From NCBI GenBank assembly GCA_021157845.1, contig JAGGVU010000019.1:2410-66409 (forward strand): a stretch of DNA of 64,000 nucleotides. Direction: 5' to 3'. Under the pieces are notes generated by a model. That model had not been told where the DNA came from and did not search any database. It saw nothing but the letters and a program-made list of their open reading frames with translations. Made by a program: the position numbers and the translations under genes. The DNA comes from Candidatus Aenigmatarchaeota archaeon (GTDB lineage Archaea; Aenigmatarchaeota; Aenigmatarchaeia; GW2011-AR5; JAGGXF01). Positions 39,704 through 49,567 of the stretch are shown here, in pieces (position 1 is the stretch's first letter; each line of letters begins with the position of its first letter).

Positions 39704-41653
39704 TCATTTTAATTCTTCCTTTTTCCACTCAGCGCCTTTCCCCTTTTCCACAGCAGCCCTTGATAAAAACCCGTGCGTTTCTTCAGGTACGGCTAGTAGA
39801 CCTTGCAACGGGTCGAACGCATGCTCCCTTATTGCAATATTTTGTGCAGCTTCAAAATTTTTATTAATGCCGAAAAATTCTGGTGGAAGATCTTCAGGTG
39901 CTATATTTTTTTCAAGCGCGTCAATAATTTTTCTATAAGCTATAGCACTTTGTTTTACACCGTAACTTCCCATTTCCCATATTATGTATGTGTTCTTCAT
40001 TCCAGCTTCTCTAAGCTTGTATATGGTTCTATATAATATGTACATATCATTTGATAATAATGCTATTGGCGCGTGCGCACCTGGAATCGGCCTTGGCGCA
40101 TTCACATGCAGGCATCTTATATATTTTCCGTCACCTGGCATGGTTTTCATTATTTTTTCTGCCTCTTCTTCCGGGCTTATGAAATTTGTTGTTAAGTGTT
40201 CAGTATCCAAACAATACGAGATGTGTTCCGGATCAAGTACTTTTGCGATCTTGATGTGGTCAGTTGCCCGTATTATTCTCAACTTTCCTTCTGCTCCTTC
40301 GCTAGGCATATTTGTTTCTATAAATATATGTACTTTGTTTTTCTTTGCATACTCATACGGTGAAACAAATTTTTTTTCACCAGCAGGAATACCGTATTCT
40401 GGGCCGCTTGCCTTGAGATGTCCTTCTATGTATTTGGCAGCAACAGCTGTTATTATTTCTTTTATACTATCATCTAAACTACCTGTTTGTCCCATTTTGG
40501 TGTTTGCTTCTGAAATTATTTTATCTGGGTCTCTCTGGTCGGTTACTATTGAGGTATATAGCGGGTCTTTATTTTTCCACATCCACTTTGCTGTTGCATG
40601 ATAAACAACATATTCCTCTGCTTCTGAGCCATGTTCTCTCCAATATTCAAATACACTTGGGATATCCAACTGGTATAATGTTATTCTTCTGTAAATTGGA
40701 TATATTTTGTTATATTCACTCTTTCCGTATTTTTCAATTATTTTTTCTTTTATGAACTCAGAGCTATTATTTATAATTCTGCTATATCTTCTATCTTTGG
40801 CCGCTTTTGTTCTTCTTAGCTCGGTTAGCTCTTTAATCAGGTTTTCTCTTTTTTTATTTTCTTCGCTTGTTAACCCCTTTCTCGACCTTTTCAGTTCGAG
40901 CTCTCCCAACTCCTTTTCTTTGTTGCCTGCATCTTTTTCTAGCTGGTCGCTGTCTTCGGCAAGTTTTTTGAGTTCTTCTTTTATCTTGTTTTCAGCTTCT
41001 TCAAAAATTCCGTTTATCCTATCCATTTCCTTTTGAAAATTTTCAATATTATCAAAATATTTGACAACATCCACATCTGGTGGAGAGCCCATAGCAGAGA
41101 ACATAACTCGTATGAATTTTGCCATAAACCACTGTTTAAAATTAAATGATCCTCCGGATTCTTTAACAATCCAGTCCCCAAAATTCATTCCATTCCACGA
41201 TGCCATTTTCGACGGATATTGTCTCTGGCCTGATACAGGGGTTAGATTTGGACGAGGGTTGGACGATGTATGAAAGAGCATGAATTTTGCTTTCATTATA
41301 TCAGCTGCAGCAATGGTTCCAAGTTTAAGCTGTTCCTGCATCGTTGACCATATATAGGCATCTGCAAGACACAAATCCATCCTATAAGGAAGATGTAGGC
41401 CAACTTCTATATTTTGAGCCCTTTTTATATGTTCGACCTGCTGTTTTATATCCGGCTCAAACATTTCAGAAAGCGATTCAAAGTCTATCATTGCAAATTC
41501 AAAGCCAAGACGGGCCGCTTTTGTTATTTTTTTGGCCAGACCCATGAATGTTAGCCTGTTCTCACCTTGTTCAAACTGGGAAAATCCAGGGCTGACGCCA
41601 AGAATATATCCGATTGGTCTGTTTTCTTTGTCCCATTTTGGCATAGTTATCAC
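39704..41653 (-). CDS. xylose-isomerase/Endo-IV-like TIM-barrel protein split by a ~230-aa coiled-coil insertion
   Basis: VGLHLPY, FMLFHTS, ...VHIFIETN, CLDTEHL, YIIWEMG resemble AP-endonuclease-2 barrel motifs; central KE-rich heptad region. Confidence 0.4.
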   Translation of the reverse strand: MITMPKWDKENRPIGYILGVSPGFSQFEQGENRLTFMGLAKKITKAARLGFEFAMIDFESLSEMFEPDIKQQVEHIKRAQNIEVGLHLPYRMDLCLADAYIWSTMQEQLKLGTIAAADIMKAKFMLFHTSSNPRPNLTPVSGQRQYPSKMASWNGMNFGDWIVKESGGSFNFKQWFMAKFIRVMFSAMGSPPDVDVVKYFDNIENFQKEMDRINGIFEEAENKIKEELKKLAEDSDQLEKDAGNKEKELGELELKRSRKGLTSEENKKRENLIKELTELRRTKAAKDRRYSRIINNSSEFIKEKIIEKYGKSEYNKIYPIYRRITLYQLDIPSVFEYWREHGSEAEEYVVYHATAKWMWKNKDPLYTSIVTDQRDPDKIISEANTKMGQTGSLDDSIKEIITAVAAKYIEGHLKASGPEYGIPAGEKKFVSPYEYAKKNKVHIFIETNMPSEGAEGKLRIIRATDHIKIAKVLDPEHISYCLDTEHLTTNFISPEEEAEKIMKTMPGDGKYIRCLHVNAPRPIPGAHAPIALLSNDMYILYRTIYKLREAGMKNTYIIWEMGSYGVKQSAIAYRKIIDALEKNIAPEDLPPEFFGINKNFEAAQNIAIREHAFDPLQGLLAVPEETHGFLSRAAVEKGKGAEWKKEELK

Positions 41654-41660
41654 TTATAAA

Positions 41661-43304
41661 TCAATGGCCAACACCCATTTGGCTCTGTAAAAAGTTGACG
41701 ATTGTGTTAAACCTACCACCAACTGTCATTAGATGGAAGTTAGGTATTCTATCATAGAAGTCTCTTTCATATGGACCGCGTTTCAGAAATTTTAATGGGA
41801 TTCCAAAATAGTTGAAAAAGCTGTGTATAGGGTCTGTAATTTTGGTCAGAAATCCTCTTTTTTTTTCTTTATCTTCTTCCAGTTTGTAAAATTCTTCCGG
41901 ATATTCTTCTCTTAGCTTGTCCATTGTTTCAAATTCTTTTCCTTCTGCAACAAACTTTTTACCTTTTTTTATATAGCGCACTGTTTCTAAATATTTTTCA
42001 GAGCCAACAAGCTGGTTTACATATCGTTCGAATTCCTCATGCTTGGCCTTTATTTCCAGAAGTTTCACAAGAAGGATATTCTTGCTCACCATCTTTCCAG
42101 AGATGTCAAATGTTATATCTTCTAATTCGCTCCCGTCAGGCAACCTATACACATCACGCTGCATTTTTATTGGAAACACACTATAGTAGTCCTGTTCTTT
42201 CCCACTGGTCCAAAACGAGCCTTCAGCAATTAATTCTTTGGTTTTTTGTTCCACCCATTTTTCAGTTATCCATGGAAATTCCTCCACAAGACATTTTTCT
42301 CCATTTTTTCTCAGTTTTTTTCTTATATTTGGAAAATCTGCAGCCAAATCAAATATGAAATTTCTTTTGATAAACTCATCAAGCACAGGCGGTGATTTTT
42401 CTCCAAACAATTCACCAGATGTTTTTTTGAATTCTGCAACATCTATGTAATACCATGCAAATATTTCTATTGAATTCTCAGAAACAGCTTGTGCAGCTGA
42501 TTTATAATATTTGCCCGGTTCTGCTTTTCTAATACTGGGTCTTGACAGCCCTTCTTCTATTAATTTATGTTTTGCTATATATGGTTTTAGCCAGTTTTTA
42601 TATTCTTCTACAGACATTCTTCTGCTTCTCACCAAATTCAAAAGGCTTTTATACCGTTCTTTCACTTCTCTGCTAAATATGTGCTTCCATTGTTCATATG
42701 CTTTCCACTTGACTTTTAACATATCTCGTTCCACCTTTGGCAGGTTTGAAAGATATTTATCTTTTTCTAGGTCTTCCAGTGATTGCATAGACATAAAGTC
42801 TTGAACAATTGTTGGCATAATATTAGCATTGCGCATAAATGCCATGCTAAGCCGGCCCGCTCCTTGTGCAGCACCGCCAGTATAAAAGTCCACCTGATCT
42901 ACAAATATTGCTTTCAGGCTCGCTTCGTCTTTATTTTCAATATAGTTAATAAATTCCCTATATTTTCTTAGGTCATGCTTTAATAATTCTAGGTCTGCGA
43001 CAGCCTGAGATACAGATGCCAGACCCTGCTTTATTTTAGATTCAAGCTGCTCTTTTTGTTGTGTTGTAAGCTGAAAATATTGAGCATGAACAGGAGATAT
43101 ATTTATCCATTCATCTACTTTTATCTCTTTCCAGCCCCATTTTGGAATTTGAAATACAAGAGCATAAAACAGGTTAGTTCCTGTTCCTATTTTTCCTGTA
43201 AAGTCTAATGATGTTTTCGCTTCGTATGGCTGGGCATAACATCCCAACCCATGATGTGGGGCTTCTGGGCCCACCAACGCGTAAATTGCATTCCACGAAA
43301 CCAT
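41661..43304 (-). CDS. hypothetical protein, 547 aa
   Basis: Long ORF with no recognisable motif; 7-nt gap to the downstream gene. Confidence 0.4.
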   Translation of the reverse strand: MVSWNAIYALVGPEAPHHGLGCYAQPYEAKTSLDFTGKIGTGTNLFYALVFQIPKWGWKEIKVDEWINISPVHAQYFQLTTQQKEQLESKIKQGLASVSQAVADLELLKHDLRKYREFINYIENKDEASLKAIFVDQVDFYTGGAAQGAGRLSMAFMRNANIMPTIVQDFMSMQSLEDLEKDKYLSNLPKVERDMLKVKWKAYEQWKHIFSREVKERYKSLLNLVRSRRMSVEEYKNWLKPYIAKHKLIEEGLSRPSIRKAEPGKYYKSAAQAVSENSIEIFAWYYIDVAEFKKTSGELFGEKSPPVLDEFIKRNFIFDLAADFPNIRKKLRKNGEKCLVEEFPWITEKWVEQKTKELIAEGSFWTSGKEQDYYSVFPIKMQRDVYRLPDGSELEDITFDISGKMVSKNILLVKLLEIKAKHEEFERYVNQLVGSEKYLETVRYIKKGKKFVAEGKEFETMDKLREEYPEEFYKLEEDKEKKRGFLTKITDPIHSFFNYFGIPLKFLKRGPYERDFYDRIPNFHLMTVGGRFNTIVNFLQSQMGVGH

Positions 43305-43475
43305 TCTATCGCCTATAATTATATTTCAGCATGATTTATAATATTTTAAATTTTTCATTCACTGGCAATTCACAATGCTCGAGGCATTCTGAACTATCTA
43401 ATTGGCTTTACGTCAATTAAATAAATTTTAGTTGCAGAGTTTATTAAATTTTCATGCTCAGAAATATGACATCAT

Positions 43476-43832
43476 TTAGAAAAATGTCCAGTAAATCCCA
43501 AGTATTATCAAGATAAGGCCAATCAGAATGCCCGTATGCGACAATCCACGATTCGGACCATAATACTGAATTTTCATTGTTGGATATTTCATAGCTAAAA
43601 AACCACCACACAATAATGTTATAATTCCGCCTATCCGCCCAATTAGCTTTGTCTGAACGGCTGAAATCATTTTTAGGCCAATCCATATGAATATGAGAGA
43701 TGTGATTATTATAATCAATAGTTGCCTATCTCCTATTTTTCTGTCATGGCTTGTTAACAAGAACAATGATAATAATGCAAACGCTATAAGGAATGATGCC
43801 ACAAGTTCTAATCCGACGATTTCCAGCAACAT
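43476..43832 (-). CDS. membrane protein, hypothetical
   Basis: 118 aa, four TM helices. Confidence 0.35.
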   Translation of the reverse strand: MLLEIVGLELVASFLIAFALLSLFLLTSHDRKIGDRQLLIIIITSLIFIWIGLKMISAVQTKLIGRIGGIITLLCGGFLAMKYPTMKIQYYGPNRGLSHTGILIGLILIILGIYWTFF

Positions 43833-43896
43833 ATTTATTTATATAGGATTTGATAAATAAATAATTAGTGTTCGCCAATACTAAGAGGGATTAAAA

Positions 43897-44406
43897 ATGG
43901 TATTTACAAGGACGAGGATAACCATATGGGACCAGATTTATAGGCCCAGAAAAAGTTCTATTGTGCGGTATAAAGGTCCTAATACCTCAAAGGCCTACAA
44001 AAAGGTATATAGACTGATTAAATCAATATTCAATGTGCCTTCTGGTTATATTCAAGAAAAGCTCTATAACTGGGAAAATGACAAAGACAAGCAAAGATTT
44101 TCCATAAGGTGGCAAGTTGACAAACCACTTGACCAGTACACATATATAGACTGGGACATTGAGCTGAAGGGGTTTGAAGCAAATAGGACGGGCGAGGTAG
44201 TTATTAGTATAGAGCCAAGGCTTATTACAGAATATCCACAGGATACAATATGGGAGCAAAGCATATTTTACGAGATGCTAAGACGTTTGTGGCATGTCTT
44301 ATTTTACGAAAAGAAACGGGAAGAATTTTTTGAGCTTGGAAAATCCCTAACACAGGAATTTGAAGAAAAGCTTAGAGACGAGTTAAATAAGTTAAAATCT
44401 TCTTAG
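43897..44406 (+). CDS. hypothetical protein (tandem paralog A)
   Basis: 169 aa; shares architecture with the next gene. Confidence 0.4.
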   Translation: MVFTRTRITIWDQIYRPRKSSIVRYKGPNTSKAYKKVYRLIKSIFNVPSGYIQEKLYNWENDKDKQRFSIRWQVDKPLDQYTYIDWDIELKGFEANRTGEVVISIEPRLITEYPQDTIWEQSIFYEMLRRLWHVLFYEKKREEFFELGKSLTQEFEEKLRDELNKLKSS

Positions 44407-44408
44407 TT

Positions 44409-44924
44409 GTGACTATTATGGATGATTTGTTTATATCAGACGATGTCTTGGGACCAGATGAAAAAATACTAATTATTTTTAAAGGCCAGAATCCGATGAA
44501 TATTTTAAAAATAATAAAAGCAGAGATAAAGAGTATTTATCAGATTCCTGGAAAAGACATAAAAACGCTTAAATTAAACTGGGACGCGTCATCTGACAAC
44601 AGAGAAATATATGCACAGTGGTTGATAGAAAAAAAAATGGATAAGTGGTCAAAAAATTGGGTAATTTTTATTGTTCAGGGTCATGTGGATGCTAAAACAA
44701 ACAAAGGAGACATAACCTTTATCATGGTGCCGAGAATACAAACAAAAATCAACTATTCAAACTTTTTACAAAGGGCTTTTTGGTACATATATAATAGATG
44801 GTTTTATAGAAAACAGCGAATGAAATACATCGAAGAGGCAAAGGATTTGGCTTTTAAGTTCAGGGATAAAATAACAGATGAGCTGGGCATTCCGAGGAAG
44901 ATGTATTTTGAGGATAGGGTGTGA
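44409..44924 (+). CDS. hypothetical protein (tandem paralog B)
   Basis: 171 aa; ...GDITFIMVPRIQTKINY... parallels ...GEVVISIEPRLITEY... in paralog A. Confidence 0.4.
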   Translation: MTIMDDLFISDDVLGPDEKILIIFKGQNPMNILKIIKAEIKSIYQIPGKDIKTLKLNWDASSDNREIYAQWLIEKKMDKWSKNWVIFIVQGHVDAKTNKGDITFIMVPRIQTKINYSNFLQRAFWYIYNRWFYRKQRMKYIEEAKDLAFKFRDKITDELGIPRKMYFEDRV

Positions 44925-45319
44925 TTTGCATGTCATTTTTTAATAAAATTTCGGGAAAGATAAAAAATATTTTTTCAAGAGGAAAAAAGGAAGAAATTAC
45001 GCAGATAAAAGAACGGGTTATCAACAAACCGACTCCACCGCTGGAAACAAGACCAAGAAATGACATAGCTATTAATGCAGACTTACCCACTACAAGTGAG
45101 CCAAGACCTGATTCCGTGCCACTGAGAGAGTCGCTTCTTCCAGAACCGAATACAGAGATAGCCAGACCGAGAATAGAATCTCGGTTATTAACACCCCAAA
45201 AAGAGTATAACAGAGAAGCTGATAACAGGGATGATTTAAGAAAACAGCTTCTTGCGATAGAGAAAAGACTGGACGCAATAGACCAAAGACTCAGCTCAAT
45301 AGAATCTAGGATTATATAG
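44921..45319 (+). CDS. hypothetical protein, disordered Pro-rich region plus C-terminal coiled coil
   Basis: 132 aa; ...LAIEKRLDAIDQRLSSIESRII. Confidence 0.3.
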   Translation: MICMSFFNKISGKIKNIFSRGKKEEITQIKERVINKPTPPLETRPRNDIAINADLPTTSEPRPDSVPLRESLLPEPNTEIARPRIESRLLTPQKEYNREADNRDDLRKQLLAIEKRLDAIDQRLSSIESRII

Positions 45320-45815
45320 GAACCAACATCGAAAGCCAGTGAGCAGTTTCTGCTTGCCAGCCTGTAGTTCTCAAGTCCAGATTAGTACATATCATACCTG
45401 ATTTATATATATCAACTTTATGTTTTGAGGTCGAAAGAGATATATAATCAATAGAGTAGGCATCTCTTACAATTTTATTTATCAGTTCTGACAAATTTTC
45501 ATATTTTTCTTTTTTAATTAGTTCATCTATTTTCTTTTCTATTTTTTCATTTTTCGGATTTATTTTAATTTTATTAATCCTTCCCCAGTCGGAAGTCCAG
45601 TATTCCAAAAATTTTGCTATTCTTTTGTCGGGAAATAGTGTGTAAACAATGGGTATGTCTTCATGATATTTTTTCTCAAAAGCTCCTATATTAGAATCAG
45701 GAATTTCTATTGTAACGAACTTCTTATCACCAACATCTATAGGAAACCAGAATGTATCCAATTTTTTATAATCCTCATCTGAAGCAGTTTTTTCGTAAAC
45801 TTGATATGTTTTCAT
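45312..45815 (-). CDS. hypothetical protein
   Basis: 167-aa ORF. Confidence 0.35.
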   Translation of the reverse strand: MKTYQVYEKTASDEDYKKLDTFWFPIDVGDKKFVTIEIPDSNIGAFEKKYHEDIPIVYTLFPDKRIAKFLEYWTSDWGRINKIKINPKNEKIEKKIDELIKKEKYENLSELINKIVRDAYSIDYISLSTSKHKVDIYKSGMICTNLDLRTTGWQAETAHWLSMLVPI

Positions 45816-45844
45816 TTTATCACTAACCTTCAGTCTAAATTTTC

Positions 45845-47584
45845 TTAGGCACCAAGATAATACTCCCCACTTTCTTTTTGTTTTGTATCTTTTTGTGAAC
45901 CAAGCTTATTCGCCCGCGGTCTGTTTGTTTCAACATCTTTTCTAAATGTTACTCCAACCTCTTTTAGAAACGTGTTAAATCCGTCCTTCACTGACATGCA
46001 TTCTGCTTTTCCGATTTTTCCCGGTATTCCTGTAAAAACCATAGCCCGATCTGACAGATAGCTTAAAAACAACAAATCATGATCTATTACAAGGACAGAG
46101 GAATTTTCAGACCGAGTCTTTAAGATTTTAGCCACAGTCAACCTTTGGTCAACATCTAGGTATGCAGAAGGCTCATCCAATAAATATACATCTGCATTTT
46201 TTGCAAGGCATGAGGCTATTGCAACACGTTGTAACTCACCGCCAGACAAATCAGATATATTTTTTTCAAGAAGTTTTGTTAGCTCAAGGGGCTCCATATA
46301 TTTTTGCTTAAATTCCTGTTTTGATTGTACAACTTCTTCAACCTTTCCTTTAAAATCGGAAGAAATGTACTGCGGCTTATATGATATTTTTATTTTTTTA
46401 TCCAGCTCTCCGCTATCCGCGGTCGTCTCACCAGCCAGTATTCTTGCAAATGTCGTCTTTCCAAGCGCATTAGCACCAAATATGCCAAGAACCTCATTTT
46501 TGTAGATTTTATCTGATTTGATATTTAATTCGAATGTCTTAAATCGCTTTTTCAAATCTGTGAATTCTGTTAGGACTGGTTTTTTTATGACATTTTCTGA
46601 TACTGTTGACGAGAACACTGTTTTTTCTCTTATTCTAATATTATCTTCTCTTATATATCCTGATAAAAATGTGTTTATCCCATTTAAGGTGGAATATGGC
46701 TTTGATACAGCACCAAAAACACTTGGCACTCCGTAAAATATATGAATTCTGTCTGCCAAGAAGTCTAGAGTAGCCAAATCATGCTCAACAACCATTACAG
46801 GGCTTTTTTGCGATAATTCCCTTATAATCTTTGCAACGTTCATTCTTTGTCTGACATCCAAATATGATGACGGCTCGTCAAAGTAATATATGTCGGCTTT
46901 CTTTGAAACAGCTTTTGCTATAGCAACGCGCTGTAGTTCTCCTCCAGATAAATCTGCTATATTCCTGTCCAGGCAGTTTTTCAGTTCTAATCTATCTATT
47001 ATTGATTTATCAACGTCTTCTAGCAGTTCCTTGACAACTCCTTTACACACTTTCTTAATCTTGTCAACCTGCTGTGGTTTGTAAACTGTTTTTATCTCTT
47101 CTTTTGACAATTTTTCCAGATAGGTTTGTAATTCATTGCCCCTGTGCATTGTAATTATATCTTTCCATTCTACGTCTCTGTCAAAACATCCAAGATTTGG
47201 TTTTATCTCTCCACTTAAAATTCTAAGAGCAGTTGTCTTTCCGATTCCATTTGGTCCAAGAAGGCCAATAACACCCATCACCGGAATGGGTAACCTAAAA
47301 AGAACAAAACCATTTTGGCCAAAGCGATGTATAGGCGTTTCTTCCAGTGCTTCTGGTGTATTTACAATTGATATGGCCCTTTGACTGCATTTTTTTATAC
47401 ATATTCCACATCCAATGCACAATTTTTCATCTATGACAGGCAGTTGTTTTTTGACACCATTGACTAGCTTTTCCTCTATTCTTATACATTCCTCTCCTTT
47501 CCTGTTCACCGGGCAAAACCGCTTGCATGCATAGTTTGTTTTGGCCGGATTGCACAGGTCATAGTCAATTACAGCTAGTCGCAT
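45845..47584 (-). CDS. abcE1: ribosome recycling ATPase ABCE1 (RNase L inhibitor homolog)
   Basis: N-terminal Fe-S CPV...CIGCGICIKKC; two ABC cassettes with LSGGELQR. Confidence 0.85.
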   Translation of the reverse strand: MRLAVIDYDLCNPAKTNYACKRFCPVNRKGEECIRIEEKLVNGVKKQLPVIDEKLCIGCGICIKKCSQRAISIVNTPEALEETPIHRFGQNGFVLFRLPIPVMGVIGLLGPNGIGKTTALRILSGEIKPNLGCFDRDVEWKDIITMHRGNELQTYLEKLSKEEIKTVYKPQQVDKIKKVCKGVVKELLEDVDKSIIDRLELKNCLDRNIADLSGGELQRVAIAKAVSKKADIYYFDEPSSYLDVRQRMNVAKIIRELSQKSPVMVVEHDLATLDFLADRIHIFYGVPSVFGAVSKPYSTLNGINTFLSGYIREDNIRIREKTVFSSTVSENVIKKPVLTEFTDLKKRFKTFELNIKSDKIYKNEVLGIFGANALGKTTFARILAGETTADSGELDKKIKISYKPQYISSDFKGKVEEVVQSKQEFKQKYMEPLELTKLLEKNISDLSGGELQRVAIASCLAKNADVYLLDEPSAYLDVDQRLTVAKILKTRSENSSVLVIDHDLLFLSYLSDRAMVFTGIPGKIGKAECMSVKDGFNTFLKEVGVTFRKDVETNRPRANKLGSQKDTKQKESGEYYLGA

Positions 47585-47674
47585 TGTGAACACTTTATAA
47601 CTAATTTTTTATTAAAAGTTAATTAGGAATATTAATTAATAAACTTTATATTTAAGTTTCTTTAATAATTCTTT

Positions 47675-48709
47675 ATGGTTGATGAAGATATCAGTGATGA
47701 AAAAAAAGCATGGAAAGAGGCATATTTCAGCGACAATAAAAAAATGGGTTTCTTGAAAAAAATCAAAACAGCAATTTTTCATCCCAATGATTTTTTTGAA
47801 TTAGTCAGAGAAGAAAAGATACATGAAACCATCAAATTTTATGGAATTTTATGTGTCATAGGTTTAATTCTCTCATTGATTTCAGAAAAGGTCAGTGGGA
47901 TTGCTGTTTCTTTGCCCATTAGTAAAATGGTGTTTAGTTTTATATCCGGTCTGGTCTTTTCCTTAGTTACTGTTGCTATTATTCATTTATTTGTTAAATT
48001 GCTAAAAGGAAAAGGAAATTTTTATGATACGCTTAAAGCCAATATTTATTCAGTTATACCACTTTTTGTGCTAAATGTTTTACTATCTCCTCTTATTATT
48101 TTTCTGAATTTAAGGATTTTAAAATCAACGAGTTTTTCATTTTTTATCATAATTATTATAATATTTTTTTTGGGAATTGTTTTGGCAGGTTTGAGTTATT
48201 CAGTTTACTTGTTAGTTGGTGGTTTATCCAAATATCATAAGATTTCCAAGAAAAGGGCTTTGCTAGCTGTTTGTTTACCAATTATATTAATCATGATTTT
48301 AGTCGTGGTTTTATTAGTAGGATCCGCTGTATGGTTTAATAGGGTCACATCTGGTCTTTCAAATATGAGTCTTGAGAGATCAGAACAGTTGTATTGTGCT
48401 ATGGCCGCAATTTCTATTAGGAACGCAACATGTAACTGCGACGGCTCTATTAATATATCAGTATCTAATATAGGAACTGCTAATATAACTATGGATAAAG
48501 TACAAATATCATATAATAATGGAATGAACGTTTCTTTAATAGACCTTCCTAGTACAGAATTTCTGGAGCCAGGAAAAAGTTCATCATTTATAGCAAGAAA
48601 TTTCAATTGTAGAGCCTATAAAATAAGTGCAATTACAGTTTTTGATAAGAATTGTAAACTTGTAGGAGATTTCATAACCGAAGAGTATATAGATTATGAA
48701 AAATGTTGA
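47675..48709 (+). CDS. membrane protein (Yip1-like N-terminal region) with extracytoplasmic C-terminal domain
   Basis: 344 aa; five TM helices then Cys-containing soluble domain. Confidence 0.4.
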   Translation: MVDEDISDEKKAWKEAYFSDNKKMGFLKKIKTAIFHPNDFFELVREEKIHETIKFYGILCVIGLILSLISEKVSGIAVSLPISKMVFSFISGLVFSLVTVAIIHLFVKLLKGKGNFYDTLKANIYSVIPLFVLNVLLSPLIIFLNLRILKSTSFSFFIIIIIIFFLGIVLAGLSYSVYLLVGGLSKYHKISKKRALLAVCLPIILIMILVVVLLVGSAVWFNRVTSGLSNMSLERSEQLYCAMAAISIRNATCNCDGSINISVSNIGTANITMDKVQISYNNGMNVSLIDLPSTEFLEPGKSSSFIARNFNCRAYKISAITVFDKNCKLVGDFITEEYIDYEKC

Positions 48710-49219
48710 TTACTCAAAAACCAGCTCAATATTTTTGTTGCTTAACTCTTTCATAATTTTTCCGAAATTTTCAGGGCTTATACTTATTTTCGAAGAATAT
48801 CTCCTATTTATACATATTCTGAATAATTCACCATCGTTTGTGTATATCGTATCAATCCTATTTATTGGAACATTCCCGAGAAGCGACTTTATAAATCCCT
48901 TAGTCGATCTTGGTATGGCATTTATTCTCACATATTTTTTGACCATATCAGACAATTCCCTGACATATTGGCTACCCGGCCCGATAATTTTTTTTACATC
49001 TTGCGGCTCAACAAACACAAGTATTTTTCCAATATCAATTATATGCTTTATTTCAACTTCATTCAACTCTGGATGTATTTTTGCTAGTTTATAGATAGAT
49101 TTAGCTAGTTCTATTTCTTTTTGAGTTATAATATTATTATCTAGCTTTTTTCTACAATCTTCACAAAGTTTATCTGTTTTCATACATTCGCACGGTTTCA
49201 TAGTCTCATCACTAGCCAA
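48710..49219 (-). CDS. NusA-like KH-domain protein with N-terminal Cys4 zinc ribbon
   Basis: CECMKTDKLCEDC; IGPGSQYVRELSDMVKKYVRIN and KGFIKSLL KH-like segments. Confidence 0.5.
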   Translation of the reverse strand: MASDETMKPCECMKTDKLCEDCRKKLDNNIITQKEIELAKSIYKLAKIHPELNEVEIKHIIDIGKILVFVEPQDVKKIIGPGSQYVRELSDMVKKYVRINAIPRSTKGFIKSLLGNVPINRIDTIYTNDGELFRICINRRYSSKISISPENFGKIMKELSNKNIELVFE

Positions 49220-49312
49220 AAATTTTACACACGCCCCACTTATCTCTTGACTTATAATTATTAGTTTCCACAGATTTTTAAACCTATAACATAATTAATA
49301 TTTGGTAATAAA

Positions 49313-49567
49313 ATGATAAAAATTATGGGCCAGATAGATGAAAAGACTAAAAATTTAACACGAGAATACAATTTATTTTTTGGGCACAAGCTCAAAGAGT
49401 CACGCTACTGTTTTGGCAAAAGAGCTGAAAATATGGTAACAGATAGTGTTATTAAGGATGCTGAGATTAAAGATTTTGCAGGGTTTTTAAAATCCTTTGG
49501 GTTGGCACTCCCATATATATGGGCAAATCCATTCTTATTTGTTTTAAATTTTTGGTTAATTGAATGA
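49313..49567 (+). CDS. hypothetical small protein
   Basis: 84-aa ORF. Confidence 0.2.
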   Translation: MIKIMGQIDEKTKNLTREYNLFFGHKLKESRYCFGKRAENMVTDSVIKDAEIKDFAGFLKSFGLALPYIWANPFLFVLNFWLIE

